NCBI GenBank assembly: GCA_041613315.1
Contig: JBFJHJ010000004.1
Location: forward strand, 49,931 to 113,930
DNA: 64,000 nt
Direction: 5' to 3'
DNA from: Gemmatimonadales bacterium
GTDB taxonomy: Bacteria; Gemmatimonadota; Gemmatimonadetes; Gemmatimonadales; GWC2-71-9
Part shown: one piece after another, positions 30,596-40,303 of the stretch
Numbering within the stretch: the first letter of the stretch is position 1
How the letters are laid out: every line of letters begins with the position of its first letter
Notes under the pieces: generated by a model
Told to the model about the DNA's origin: nothing
What the model saw: the letters and a program-made list of their open reading frames with translations, nothing else
Databases searched by the model: none
Program-made: the position numbers and the translations under genes

Positions 30596-31744
30596 ATGAT
30601 TGCGCAATCCATCGTCTCCCCCGAAGACCAGCGCGTCACGTTCGTCGAGCTGTTCTTCGACCTCGTCTTCGTCTTCGCCGTGACCCAGGTGGTCCACCTG
30701 CTGCACGACGGCCTCGCCTGGGGCGCGATCGGCCGGGCGATCCTCGTCTTCTGGCTCGTGTGGTGGGCGTGGACGCAGTTCACCTGGGCGCTCAACGCCG
30801 CCGACACGACGCATCACCTCGTCCAGCTCGGCACGCTGGCGGCGACGGCCGTGGCGTTCGTGATGGCCGTGGCACTCCCGGACTCCTTTCACGGCCGCGC
30901 CCTGTGGTTCGCGGTCCCCTACGTCCTCGTGCGCGGGATCGGCCTCACCCTGTACAGCTGGGTGGCGGAGGCGTCGGACCCCTCGCAGCACGCCGCGGTG
31001 CGCACGTTCTCGCTCGTCTCCCTGGGCGGGCTCGCCGCCGTGATGATGGGCGCCGTGGCCGGCGGCACGACACAGTACTGGGCCTGGGGGCTCGCCATCT
31101 TCCTGGACGTGATCGCCGCCGCCGTCGGTGGACAGATGGAGGGCTGGAACCTGCACGCCGAGCACTTCGGTGAGCGCCACGGCCTGTTCGTGATCATCGC
31201 CCTGGGCGAGTCCCTGATCGTCACCGCCGGCGGCGTGACCGGCACCACATGGGGTGCTCACCTGATCGGCATCGGCCTCGTGGCCGTGGGCCTCACATGC
31301 GCCCTGTGGTGGAGCTACTTCCCGCGCGCCAAGCCCCAGCTCGATCACGCCCTGGAAGCGAAACGCGGCGCGGCGCAGACCACGCTCGCCAGGGACGTCT
31401 TCAGCTTGGCGCACTTCCCTATGCTCTGCGGCGTGATCGCCTACGCCGCGGCCCTGGCCGAAGCGGTGGCGCATCCGGCGGAGCCGCTCTCCTTCGTGTG
31501 GCGCCTCACCCTGGCCGCGGGGGTCGTGTTTTTCGTGGGCGGCATGGCGGGTGCCATCTGGCGGGCGACCAACCGCCTCCTCGTCCGCCGCCTCGGTGTG
31601 ACGGCCGGAACGGCGTTCGCGATCGTCGCCGTCCCGGGCGTCGCTCCGCTCGTGAGCCTGGCGTTCGCCCTGGCCGGAGTCACGACCGTTGCGGTCCTGG
31701 AGCAGCGGGTGGGGGAGCCCGGCGCCCGCGTCACGGTGCCGTAG
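30596..31744 (+). CDS. Low temperature requirement protein A (LtrA) family membrane protein
   Basis: RVTFVELFFDLVFVFAVTQ and HFGERHGLFVIIALGES. Confidence 0.9.
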   Translation: MIAQSIVSPEDQRVTFVELFFDLVFVFAVTQVVHLLHDGLAWGAIGRAILVFWLVWWAWTQFTWALNAADTTHHLVQLGTLAATAVAFVMAVALPDSFHGRALWFAVPYVLVRGIGLTLYSWVAEASDPSQHAAVRTFSLVSLGGLAAVMMGAVAGGTTQYWAWGLAIFLDVIAAAVGGQMEGWNLHAEHFGERHGLFVIIALGESLIVTAGGVTGTTWGAHLIGIGLVAVGLTCALWWSYFPRAKPQLDHALEAKRGAAQTTLARDVFSLAHFPMLCGVIAYAAALAEAVAHPAEPLSFVWRLTLAAGVVFFVGGMAGAIWRATNRLLVRRLGVTAGTAFAIVAVPGVAPLVSLAFALAGVTTVAVLEQRVGEPGARVTVP

Positions 31745-31750
31745 GTCGCC

Positions 31751-33013
31751 ATGCGCTTCACGCTGAGCGTCCTCGCGGCGCTGATCGTCGGCCTCGCGGC
31801 GGGCGCCGCCGCGGCCGCGGCCGGGAACGCCACGCTCCTCGCCGTTGCCCGGGGCATCGAGCCGGTGGGCACGCTCTGGATCAACGCCATCCGCATGACG
31901 GTCATCCCGCTGGTGGTGGCGCTCGTCGTGACCGCCGTCGCCACCCACGCGGACCTGACGCGCGTCGGCCGCTTGGGGGGTCGCGCCATCGCCGCCTTCG
32001 CGGTGCTTCTCGTGGCCGGCGGACTCTTCACGGTGGCGATCGCGCCGTTCTCGATCGATCTCCTGCGTATCGCGCCGGATGTGGCCGCCGATCTCCGGGC
32101 GGGCGCGGCGGCGACCGGGGCCATCGACACCGCGCCGGAGATGCCCACCCTGGTGGATCGCATCCTCGAGATCATCCCTGCCAACCCGATCCGCGCCGCG
32201 GCGGACGGCGCCATGCTCCCGGTGGTCGTGTTCTCGCTGGCGTTCGGGCTGGCGATCACCCGGCTGGAGGCCGGGCGCCGGACGTCACTGGTCCGCGCGT
32301 TCCGCGCGCTCGGCGACGCGATGCTGGTGCTCGTCAAATGGGTGCTGGCCGCGGCGCCGGTCGGGATCTTCGCCCTCGCCGTCGGGCTGGGCGCCACGAT
32401 GGGCGCCTCGGCGGTGGGTGCCCTGCTCCACTACATCGTGACGCTCGCCCTGGTGCTCACGGCCTTCGCGCTCGCGCTCTACCCCCTGGTGCGGCTGGCG
32501 GGTGGGATGCCCCTCCGCCGCTTCGCCGCGGCGGTGGCACCCGCCCAGGCGGTCGCCTTCAGCTCGCGATCGTCCCTGGCCGCCCTCCCCGCGCTCATCG
32601 CCGGGGCCCGCGATCGGTTAGGCGCCGGCTCTGCGGTCACTGGGTTCGCGCTCCCGCTCGCCGTGTCGGTCTTCCGGGTGAACGTCCCGATCGCATGGGT
32701 GGTGGGTGCACTGTTCCTGGGGGAGCTGTATGGGATCCGGCTCGACCTGCCGGCGCTCTTGGGGCTGGTGCTGACGTCGACGCTGATCAGCTTCAGCGTG
32801 CCCGGGATCCCGAGCGCCAGCCTCTTCCTGCTCGCGCCGGTGCTCGTGGACCTGGGTCTCCCCGCCGCGGGCGCCGGGATCTTGATCGCGGTGGACGCGA
32901 TTCCCGACATGTTCAAGACGACGGCCAACACGACCGCGCACCTCGCGGCGTCGGTGATCGTGGCGGGGCGTGGGGGCGCCGATGCCGCGGAGGAGAGCCC
33001 CGAGGCACGCTAG
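31751..33013 (+). CDS. Dicarboxylate/amino acid:cation symporter (DAACS/GltP family)
   Basis: IRMTVIPLVV, IIPANP, AFSSRSSLAALP, DAIPDMFKTTAN. Confidence 0.9.
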   Translation: MRFTLSVLAALIVGLAAGAAAAAAGNATLLAVARGIEPVGTLWINAIRMTVIPLVVALVVTAVATHADLTRVGRLGGRAIAAFAVLLVAGGLFTVAIAPFSIDLLRIAPDVAADLRAGAAATGAIDTAPEMPTLVDRILEIIPANPIRAAADGAMLPVVVFSLAFGLAITRLEAGRRTSLVRAFRALGDAMLVLVKWVLAAAPVGIFALAVGLGATMGASAVGALLHYIVTLALVLTAFALALYPLVRLAGGMPLRRFAAAVAPAQAVAFSSRSSLAALPALIAGARDRLGAGSAVTGFALPLAVSVFRVNVPIAWVVGALFLGELYGIRLDLPALLGLVLTSTLISFSVPGIPSASLFLLAPVLVDLGLPAAGAGILIAVDAIPDMFKTTANTTAHLAASVIVAGRGGADAAEESPEAR

Positions 33014-33156
33014 CGAAACCTCCACTCAGTCGCGACCGTTATCTGGTACACCGGGATAGCCGCCCGCCGGAATGGGCGATACTATTCCCTCCCCTGTGCC
33101 CGCGACGCGCAGGTCGCATCGTGCATCACCCGTGTGAACGCCTCCGGAGTGCCCCC

Positions 33157-36100
33157 ATGCCATTGCACCACGTCCGCTCACTGCTTCTCGCCGCGCTCGC
33201 CTGCGCGGTGAGCGCCGCTCCCATCCCCGCCTGGGCCCAGGCCGCCCAGCGGGACACCACGGGTCTCCCGCTCGAGCCGGCCCGCTGGGCCCGCTTCACC
33301 ACGAGCCAAGGGACCTGGATCTCGCTGGACGTGAGTCCCGACGCCCGGACGATCGTGTTCGACCTGCTGGGTGACCTCTACACGATCCCCATCACCGGGG
33401 GGACCGCGACCCGGCTGACGCAGGGGCTCGCCCACGACATGCAGCCCCGGTTCAGCCCGGACGGCAAGCGGATCGTGTTCGTCTCCGACCGCTCGGGCGA
33501 CGACAACGTCTGGCTCCTGACGTTGGAGACCGGGGCGGCGCGGCCCCTCACCGAAAGCACGGGCTTGGGCTTCATCGACGGCTACCTGTCGCCCGAGTGG
33601 ACCCCGGATGGGAACTACGTCGTGGTGTCCCGCGCGGTGCCGCTCCAGGGTCTCGAGAAGCTCTGGCTGTATCACGTGGACGGAGGCACGGGACTGGAGA
33701 TGGCGGGTGGCCCGGGTGGGCTGCGCCTCCTGGGGGCCGCGTTCGGACCCAACCCCCGCTACGTCTGGTTCAGCCAGCGGTTCGGTGCCTGGCAGTACAA
33801 CGCGATCCTCCCGCAGTACCAACTGGGCGTGTACGACCGCGAGACGGGCACGCGCACCACGATGAGCTCGCGCTACGGCTCGGCCTTCCGCCCGGCCCTC
33901 TCGCCCGACGGCAGGTGGCTGGCGTACGGCTCCCGCCACGACGCGGAGACCGGTCTGGTCCTCCGCGAACTGGCGACGGGCGAAGAGCGCTGGCTCGCGT
34001 ACCCGATCCAGCGGGACGAGCAGGAATCGCTCGCGAGCATGGACGTCCTCCCCGGCTACTCGTTCATGCCGGACTCGCGCGCGCTCGTGATCTCCTACGG
34101 CGGCGAGATCTGGCGCGTGCCGGTGGACGGCGCGGCGGCGGCGAAGATCCCGTTCACGGTCCAGGCCGAGGTCGCCGTCGGACCGGAGGTCGAGTTCGAG
34201 TACCCGATCGAGGACGCGCCCACGTTCACGGTCAAGCAGATCCGCGACGCGGTGCCCTCGCCGGACGGCAGGCGCATTGCGTTCACGGCGCTCGACCGGC
34301 TGTACGTGATGGACCAGCCGGAGGGGGCGCCACGCCGACTCACCGATCAAAACACCGGGGAGTATCACCCGGCGTGGTCGGCGGACGGGAACGCCATCGC
34401 GTACGTGACGTGGAACGACACCACCGGCCACATCATGCGTGTGGGCGCCACGGGCGGCCGGCCGACACAGCTCACGCGCGCGTCGGCCTACTACCAGCAG
34501 CCCGCATGGTCGCCAGACGGCCGGCGCATCGTCGCGCTGCGAGCGGCGGCGCGGGACCTGAAGGAGGCGGTCGACCCCTTCGTCTTCAACGGCCTGGGCA
34601 CCGAGCTCGTGTGGGTTCCGGCCGCGGGCGGTGACGTGACGGTCATCGGGCCCACGCGGGGGCGCGGCAAGCCGCATTTCACGACCGACCCGAACCGGAT
34701 CTACGCCTATGGCTTAGTGCCCGGCGAACAGCTCCGGCCCGGGCAGATCGCACCGGTTGCGCTCATGTCGTTCCGGTGGGACGACACCGATCTCAAGCAG
34801 CACCTGCGCGTGACGTGGCGGCTGCCGCTCCTCCCGGCGGGGCGAGAGGTCTCGAAGACGTCCGACCTCTTGATGCCGACCGACTTCGAGCGCGAGCCCG
34901 CGATCCCCCAGGTCCCCGCCGATCTCGTGATGATGGCGCCCCGTGGGGATCTCGCGATGGCCCAGGTGAACAACGACGTCTACATCGTGACAGTGCCGAC
35001 GGTGGGGGGCGAGGTGCCCACGGTGATGGTCACCAAGCCCGACAGCGCGGCGATGCCCGTCCGGAAGCTCACCGACATCGGCGGCGAGTTCGCGACCTGG
35101 GGCGCCGACGGCCGCACGGTGCACTGGTCCATCGGCAACGCGTTCGTGACCTATCGGCTGGACCGCGCGGCGGCCGATACCGCGTACCGGGCCGAGGAGC
35201 GCCGGATCACGGTGAGCGCCACGCGCGACATACCGCAGGGGAGCGCGGTGCTCCGCGGCGCGCGCGTGATCACCATGCGCGGCGACGAAGTCATCGAGAA
35301 TGCCGACGTGGTGATCCGGAACAACCGCATCACGGAGGTCGGCGCCCGGGGGTCGGTGACGGTGCCGTCGGGCGCACGGACCATTGACGTGAGCGGCACG
35401 ACCATCGTGCCGGGCTTCGTGGACACCCACGCCCACATGTGGAACCTGTGGGGCCTCCACTGGACCCGGCCCTGGATCTACCTCGCGAACCTGGCGTACG
35501 GCGTGACCGCCACGCGCGACCCGCAGACGGCGACGACCGACGTCCTGACCTACGCGGACCGGGTGGAAGCGGGCCAGATCCCCGGCCCCCGCGTCTACTC
35601 GACAGGCCCGGGCGTGTTCTGGTTCGAGGGGATTCGCGATCTCGACCACGCGCGACACGTGCTGCGCCGCTACAGCGACTACTACGACACGAAGACGTTC
35701 AAGATGTATCTGTCGGGCAATCGCAAGCAGCGGCAGTGGCTCATCATGGCGTCGCGCGAGCTCAAGCTCATGCCCACCACCGAGGGCGGGCTCGAGTACC
35801 GGCTCGACATGACACACGCCATGGACGGCTATCCCGGCATCGAGCACACGATGCCGATCATCCCGGCGTACAACGACGTGGTCGAGCTGTTCAAGACGTC
35901 CGGGACGACCAACACGCCCACGCTCCTGGTTTCGTACGGCGGCCCGTGGGCGGAGAACTACTACTACACGAACGAGAACGTGGCCGGCGACCAGAAGCTC
36001 CGGCACTTCACGCCGAAGGAGGAGCTGGACTGGAAGGTACGGCGCCGCAATCCGGGTCCCGGTCCGGGCGGCTGGTTCATGGAAGAGGAATACGCGTTCA

Positions 36101-36519
36101 AGAAGCACGCCGGCTGGATCAAGCAGCTGGTGGAGGGCGGCGGGCACGCCGGCGTAGGGAGCCACGGCCAGCTCCAGGGGTTGGGCTACCACTGGGAACT
36201 GTGGGCGATGCAGTCGGGCGGGATGAGCGAGCATGACGCCCTCCGCACCGCCACGATCCTGGGCGCCGAGGCGATCGGTTTGGGGAAAGACCTGGGCACG
36301 ATCGAGGGCGGGAAGCTCGCGGACTTGATCGTCCTCGACGCCAACCCGCTCGAGAACATCCGCAACACGAACACGATCCGCTACGTGATGAAGAACGGGC
36401 GACTGTACGATGGGGCCACCCTCAACGAAGTCTGGCCCCGAGAACGGCCCGCGCCCGACGAACCGTGGCGCCACGTCGCGCCGGACACCCAGAACGGCAT
36501 TCGGGGAGGTGGGCGATGA
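33157..36519 (+). CDS. Exported TolB/PD40 beta-propeller + amidohydrolase domain protein (paralogue 1)
   Basis: Signal peptide; repeated SPDG blades; PGFVDTHAH, GIEH, GSHGQLQG, GKLADLIVL. Confidence 0.88.
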   Translation: MPLHHVRSLLLAALACAVSAAPIPAWAQAAQRDTTGLPLEPARWARFTTSQGTWISLDVSPDARTIVFDLLGDLYTIPITGGTATRLTQGLAHDMQPRFSPDGKRIVFVSDRSGDDNVWLLTLETGAARPLTESTGLGFIDGYLSPEWTPDGNYVVVSRAVPLQGLEKLWLYHVDGGTGLEMAGGPGGLRLLGAAFGPNPRYVWFSQRFGAWQYNAILPQYQLGVYDRETGTRTTMSSRYGSAFRPALSPDGRWLAYGSRHDAETGLVLRELATGEERWLAYPIQRDEQESLASMDVLPGYSFMPDSRALVISYGGEIWRVPVDGAAAAKIPFTVQAEVAVGPEVEFEYPIEDAPTFTVKQIRDAVPSPDGRRIAFTALDRLYVMDQPEGAPRRLTDQNTGEYHPAWSADGNAIAYVTWNDTTGHIMRVGATGGRPTQLTRASAYYQQPAWSPDGRRIVALRAAARDLKEAVDPFVFNGLGTELVWVPAAGGDVTVIGPTRGRGKPHFTTDPNRIYAYGLVPGEQLRPGQIAPVALMSFRWDDTDLKQHLRVTWRLPLLPAGREVSKTSDLLMPTDFEREPAIPQVPADLVMMAPRGDLAMAQVNNDVYIVTVPTVGGEVPTVMVTKPDSAAMPVRKLTDIGGEFATWGADGRTVHWSIGNAFVTYRLDRAAADTAYRAEERRITVSATRDIPQGSAVLRGARVITMRGDEVIENADVVIRNNRITEVGARGSVTVPSGARTIDVSGTTIVPGFVDTHAHMWNLWGLHWTRPWIYLANLAYGVTATRDPQTATTDVLTYADRVEAGQIPGPRVYSTGPGVFWFEGIRDLDHARHVLRRYSDYYDTKTFKMYLSGNRKQRQWLIMASRELKLMPTTEGGLEYRLDMTHAMDGYPGIEHTMPIIPAYNDVVELFKTSGTTNTPTLLVSYGGPWAENYYYTNENVAGDQKLRHFTPKEELDWKVRRRNPGPGPGGWFMEEEYAFKKHAGWIKQLVEGGGHAGVGSHGQLQGLGYHWELWAMQSGGMSEHDALRTATILGAEAIGLGKDLGTIEGGKLADLIVLDANPLENIRNTNTIRYVMKNGRLYDGATLNEVWPRERPAPDEPWRHVAPDTQNGIRGGGR

Positions 36520-39500
36520 CCGCGCTACGCATGTCACTCCGCGGGGCCTCGATCGCCCTCGCGCTCATCGGTGTCCCCGTCTCTTCCGCCATCGCGCAGG
36601 GACCGCCCGGTGCGCGCCGCGATCGGGACAAGCCCCCGCTGCCGCTCGAGGCCGCCCGCAAAGCGACCTTCACTGCGACCACGGGCACCTGGATGTCGCT
36701 CGACGTGAGTCCCGACGGGAACACCATCGTGTTCGACCTCTTGGGCGACCTCTACACGGTCCCCATCACCGGCGGGAAGGCCACGCGCATCACCGAAGGC
36801 ATGGCGTTCGACGCGCAGCCGCGGTTCAGCCCGGACGGACAGTCGGTGGTGTTCGTCTCCGACCGCTCGGGCGGCGACAATGTCTGGGCGATGCGGCTCG
36901 ACTTCACCGACACCACCCAGGTGACCCAGGGGAACACGAGCCTGTACGTCTCTCCCGAATGGATGCCCGACGGGGAGCACATCGTCGTGAGCCACTCGCG
37001 CGGCCTGTTCGGGGCGGCGAAGCTCGAGATGTACCACGTGAAGCGCCGCAGCCCGCTCCCCCTGATCCGTGGCCCCCAGCCGTTCAAGACGATCGGCGCG
37101 GCAGTGAGCCCCGACGGCCGGCACATCTGGTACGCCGGCCGGTCGGGCGACTGGCAGTACAACGCGATCTTCCCCCAGTACCAGCTCTACCGCTACGACC
37201 GCGAGCACGGCACGTCCACGCGCTTCACCGGCCGCTACGGGTCGGCCTTCCGGCCCGCCATCTCGCCCGACGGCCAGTGGCTGGTCTACGGGACGCGGGA
37301 CGACACCCAGACGGGCCTCCGGCTCCGGCACTTGAACACGGGCGAGGAGCGGTGGCTCGCGTATCCGGTGCAGCGGGACGACATGGAGTCCCGAGCCACG
37401 CTCGACGTGCTCCCCGGCTACAGCTTCATGCCCGACTCGCGGTCCGTCGTGGTTTCCTACGGCGGCGAGATCTGGCGTGTGCCGGTGGACGGCAGCGCCG
37501 CGACCAAGATCCCGATCGAGGCCGAGGTCAAGGCGGACGTCGGGCCCGAGGTCAAGTTCGCTTACCGGGTGGACACCACGGCGCTGGCGACCGCGCGGCA
37601 GATCCGGAGCCCGGTCGCCTCGCCCGACGGCCGGCGCATCACGTTCACCGCCTTCGACCGGATCTGGGTGCGGGAGATCGCGGGGGGCACGGCGCGTCGC
37701 GTGACCGATCAGGACGTGGGTGAGTACCACCCCGTGTGGTCGTCGGACGGCGCCGCGATCGCGTTCGTCACGTGGGACGACTCGGCGGGCGGGCACATCA
37801 TGCGGGCGCGCGCCGATGGCGGCGGCCGCCCTCAGCAGTTGACGCGCGTGCCCGCGCTCTACTACAACGTCGCGTGGTCGCCCGACGGCCAGCGCATCGT
37901 CGCGAGCCGCGGGGCGGCGCGCGACCTCAAGCGGGCGCCGGACGTCTTCTTCGGGCCCCTGGGCGGCGAGTTCGTCTGGGTCCCGGCGGCGGGCGGCGAC
38001 GTCACGGTCATCGCCCCGACGGGGTCCCGCGACGTGGCGCACTTCCGCAAGGATCAACCGAACCGGATCTACGCGCACAGCCGGAGCGAAGGCCTGGTGT
38101 CGTTCCGCTGGGACGGCACCGACGTGAAGGAGCATCTCCAGGTGCGCGGCTCGCTGCCCCCCGGGGTGGGCACGCCCCATCCCAGCGAGTGGGAGGTCCT
38201 CCCGCGCCGCGTCTTCCCCGTCCCGCGTGATGCGGCGGCCGACGCGGCGGAGCCTGGGCCATCGCCGCCCCCCGCGGGCCTGATCATGATCTCGCCCGCG
38301 GGCGGACGTGCCCTGGCGCAGGTGGGGAACCACATCTACACGGTGGACATCCCCGACGTGGGCGGCCCCACACCGACGGTGTCGGTGGCGAACCCGCAGA
38401 GTGCGCCGGTGTTGGTGCGGCAGCTCACCGACATCGGCGGTGAGTTTCCGTCGTGGAGCGCCGACGGGCGGCGCGTCTATTGGGCGATCGGGAACGCACT
38501 GTTCACCTACGATCTCTCACGTGTAGAAGCGATCGAAGACTCGACCGAGCGCGCCGGCCGCGCGACCGTGGGACGGGCGCTCCGCGCCCGGGCGCTGCTC
38601 GACAGCCTCAAAGCCGTGCGCAAGACGACGGACAGTCTCACCAAGGCCACTCAGCCGGTGCCGGACACGCTGCGCGCCCGGCTCAACCGGCTGGTGGCGG
38701 ATTCGGTCCAGATCCGGGCCGACTCGCTGATCCAGGCCGCCGACGAGCTCAGGGCCAAGGCCGCGGCGATCCGGGCGCACGCCGACTCGGTGCGCCAGGG
38801 GTTGGACAGTGCCCGCGCCGATACCGCCGCCTACAAGCCGGCCGAGACGCGGGTCGAGGTCAAGCTCCCGCGCGACTTACCCCGGGGTACGGTTGTGCTG
38901 CGCGGCGGGCGGGTGCTCACGATGAAGGGGCAGGAAACGATCGAGAATGCCGACATCGTCGTCACCGATAACCGGATCGTGGCGGTGGGGCCTCAGGACT
39001 CGGTGCCGGTGCCGCAGGGGGCGCGCATTGTGGACATCTCGGGCAAGACGGTGACGCCAGGCTTCGTGGACACGCATTACCACGCGCAGTGGCTCGTGCC
39101 GGAGATCCACCTGCGGCAGGTCTGGCAGTACCTCGCCAACCTGGCGTTCGGGGTCACCACCACGCGAGATCCGCAGACGGGCTCGACCGACGTCTTGAGC
39201 TATCAGGATCGAGTCGAGATCGGCGGCATGCTGGGCCCCCGTATCTACTCGACGGGCCCCGGCGTGTTCATCACGGAGAACATCCGCGACGCCGACCAGG
39301 CGAAGACGGTCTTGAAGCGGTACAGCCAGTATTACGACACCAAGACGCTCAAGATGTACATGGCGGGGAACCGGCAGCAACGGCAGTGGATCATCCAGGC
39401 CGCGAAGGAGTTGAAGCTGATGCCGACGACCGAGGGCGGGCTCGACTTCAAGCTCGACCTCACGCACGCAATCGACGGCTACTCCGGGATCGAGCACGCG

Positions 39501-40160
39501 CTGCCGATCGCGCCGATCTACGACGACGTGGTACGGCTGTTCAAGGCCTCGCAGACGACCAACAGCCCCACGCTGCTCGTCTCGTATGGCGGGCCGTTCG
39601 GCGAGAATTACTTCTACACCAAGGAACAGGTACACGACAATGCGAAGCTCCGCCGCTTCGCGCCCGAGGAGAGCATCGACGCGCGGAGCCGGCGGCGCGG
39701 CGGCAATCCCGGCCGCGGCGGCTGGTTTCTCGACGAGGAGTACATCTTCCCGCAGCACGCGCAGTTCGTGAAGAAGCTGCTGGAGGACAGCGCGCGCGCC
39801 GCGGTGGGAAGCCACGGCCAGCTGCAGGGCTTGGGCTACCACTGGGAGCTGTGGGCCATGGCATCGGGCGGGCTCGGTAACCACGACGCGCTTCGCGCCG
39901 CCACGATCTACGGCGCCGAGGCGATCGGCCTCGCCCAGGACATCGGGACGGTCGAGGCCGGCAAGCTGGCCGACCTCCTCGTGTTCGAGGCGGATCCGCT
40001 CGAGGATCTGCGCAACACGGTGCGGCTACAGTACGTCATGAAGAACGGCCGGTTGTACGAGGCCGAGACGCTGAACGAGGTGTGGCCGCGGCAGCGCCCG
40101 CTGCCGACGCCGGCGTGGCGCCACCTGGCGCCGACGGGAGTGCAGGCGGGGATTCGGTAG
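36516..40160 (+). CDS. Exported TolB/PD40 beta-propeller + amidohydrolase domain protein (paralogue 2, with helical insertion)
   Basis: Same architecture as paralogue 1 (PGFVDTHYH, GIEH, GSHGQLQG); ATGA overlap with its stop. Confidence 0.88.
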   Translation: MTALRMSLRGASIALALIGVPVSSAIAQGPPGARRDRDKPPLPLEAARKATFTATTGTWMSLDVSPDGNTIVFDLLGDLYTVPITGGKATRITEGMAFDAQPRFSPDGQSVVFVSDRSGGDNVWAMRLDFTDTTQVTQGNTSLYVSPEWMPDGEHIVVSHSRGLFGAAKLEMYHVKRRSPLPLIRGPQPFKTIGAAVSPDGRHIWYAGRSGDWQYNAIFPQYQLYRYDREHGTSTRFTGRYGSAFRPAISPDGQWLVYGTRDDTQTGLRLRHLNTGEERWLAYPVQRDDMESRATLDVLPGYSFMPDSRSVVVSYGGEIWRVPVDGSAATKIPIEAEVKADVGPEVKFAYRVDTTALATARQIRSPVASPDGRRITFTAFDRIWVREIAGGTARRVTDQDVGEYHPVWSSDGAAIAFVTWDDSAGGHIMRARADGGGRPQQLTRVPALYYNVAWSPDGQRIVASRGAARDLKRAPDVFFGPLGGEFVWVPAAGGDVTVIAPTGSRDVAHFRKDQPNRIYAHSRSEGLVSFRWDGTDVKEHLQVRGSLPPGVGTPHPSEWEVLPRRVFPVPRDAAADAAEPGPSPPPAGLIMISPAGGRALAQVGNHIYTVDIPDVGGPTPTVSVANPQSAPVLVRQLTDIGGEFPSWSADGRRVYWAIGNALFTYDLSRVEAIEDSTERAGRATVGRALRARALLDSLKAVRKTTDSLTKATQPVPDTLRARLNRLVADSVQIRADSLIQAADELRAKAAAIRAHADSVRQGLDSARADTAAYKPAETRVEVKLPRDLPRGTVVLRGGRVLTMKGQETIENADIVVTDNRIVAVGPQDSVPVPQGARIVDISGKTVTPGFVDTHYHAQWLVPEIHLRQVWQYLANLAFGVTTTRDPQTGSTDVLSYQDRVEIGGMLGPRIYSTGPGVFITENIRDADQAKTVLKRYSQYYDTKTLKMYMAGNRQQRQWIIQAAKELKLMPTTEGGLDFKLDLTHAIDGYSGIEHALPIAPIYDDVVRLFKASQTTNSPTLLVSYGGPFGENYFYTKEQVHDNAKLRRFAPEESIDARSRRRGGNPGRGGWFLDEEYIFPQHAQFVKKLLEDSARAAVGSHGQLQGLGYHWELWAMASGGLGNHDALRAATIYGAEAIGLAQDIGTVEAGKLADLLVFEADPLEDLRNTVRLQYVMKNGRLYEAETLNEVWPRQRPLPTPAWRHLAPTGVQAGIR

Positions 40161-40163
40161 CGC

Positions 40164-40208
40164 TCCCTCACCCCCTGTCCCCCTCTCCCCTTTAGGGGAG
40201 AGGGGGAA
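40164..40208. repeat. REP-like extragenic palindrome (CCCTCACCCC...CCCCTCTCCC..GGGAGAGGG class)
   Basis: TCCCCCTCTCCCC-TTTA-GGGGAGAGGGGGA hairpin preceded by CCCTCACCCCCTG, directly after stop codon. Confidence 0.7.
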
Positions 40209-40303
40209 CGCGGGGCACCAGGCGTTCGCACACCGGACCACGGCCGTGCTATCTTTGGCGCCCGCCATCCGCGACCCAGCTGAGAGCGAGCCCGACCCGA
40301 CGC

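Noticed and set aside
31249..33156. 1756-aa ORF suggesting a giant fusion protein
   Set aside because: The first ~636 codons are an off-frame, Arg/Gly-rich shadow over LtrA and the DAACS gene; the real protein starts at the signal peptide at 33157
33300..38500. Repeated DNA segments suggesting a CRISPR array or repeat family
   Set aside because: Explained by PD40/SPDG propeller blades and paralogy of the two amidohydrolase genes; no constant repeat-spacer period
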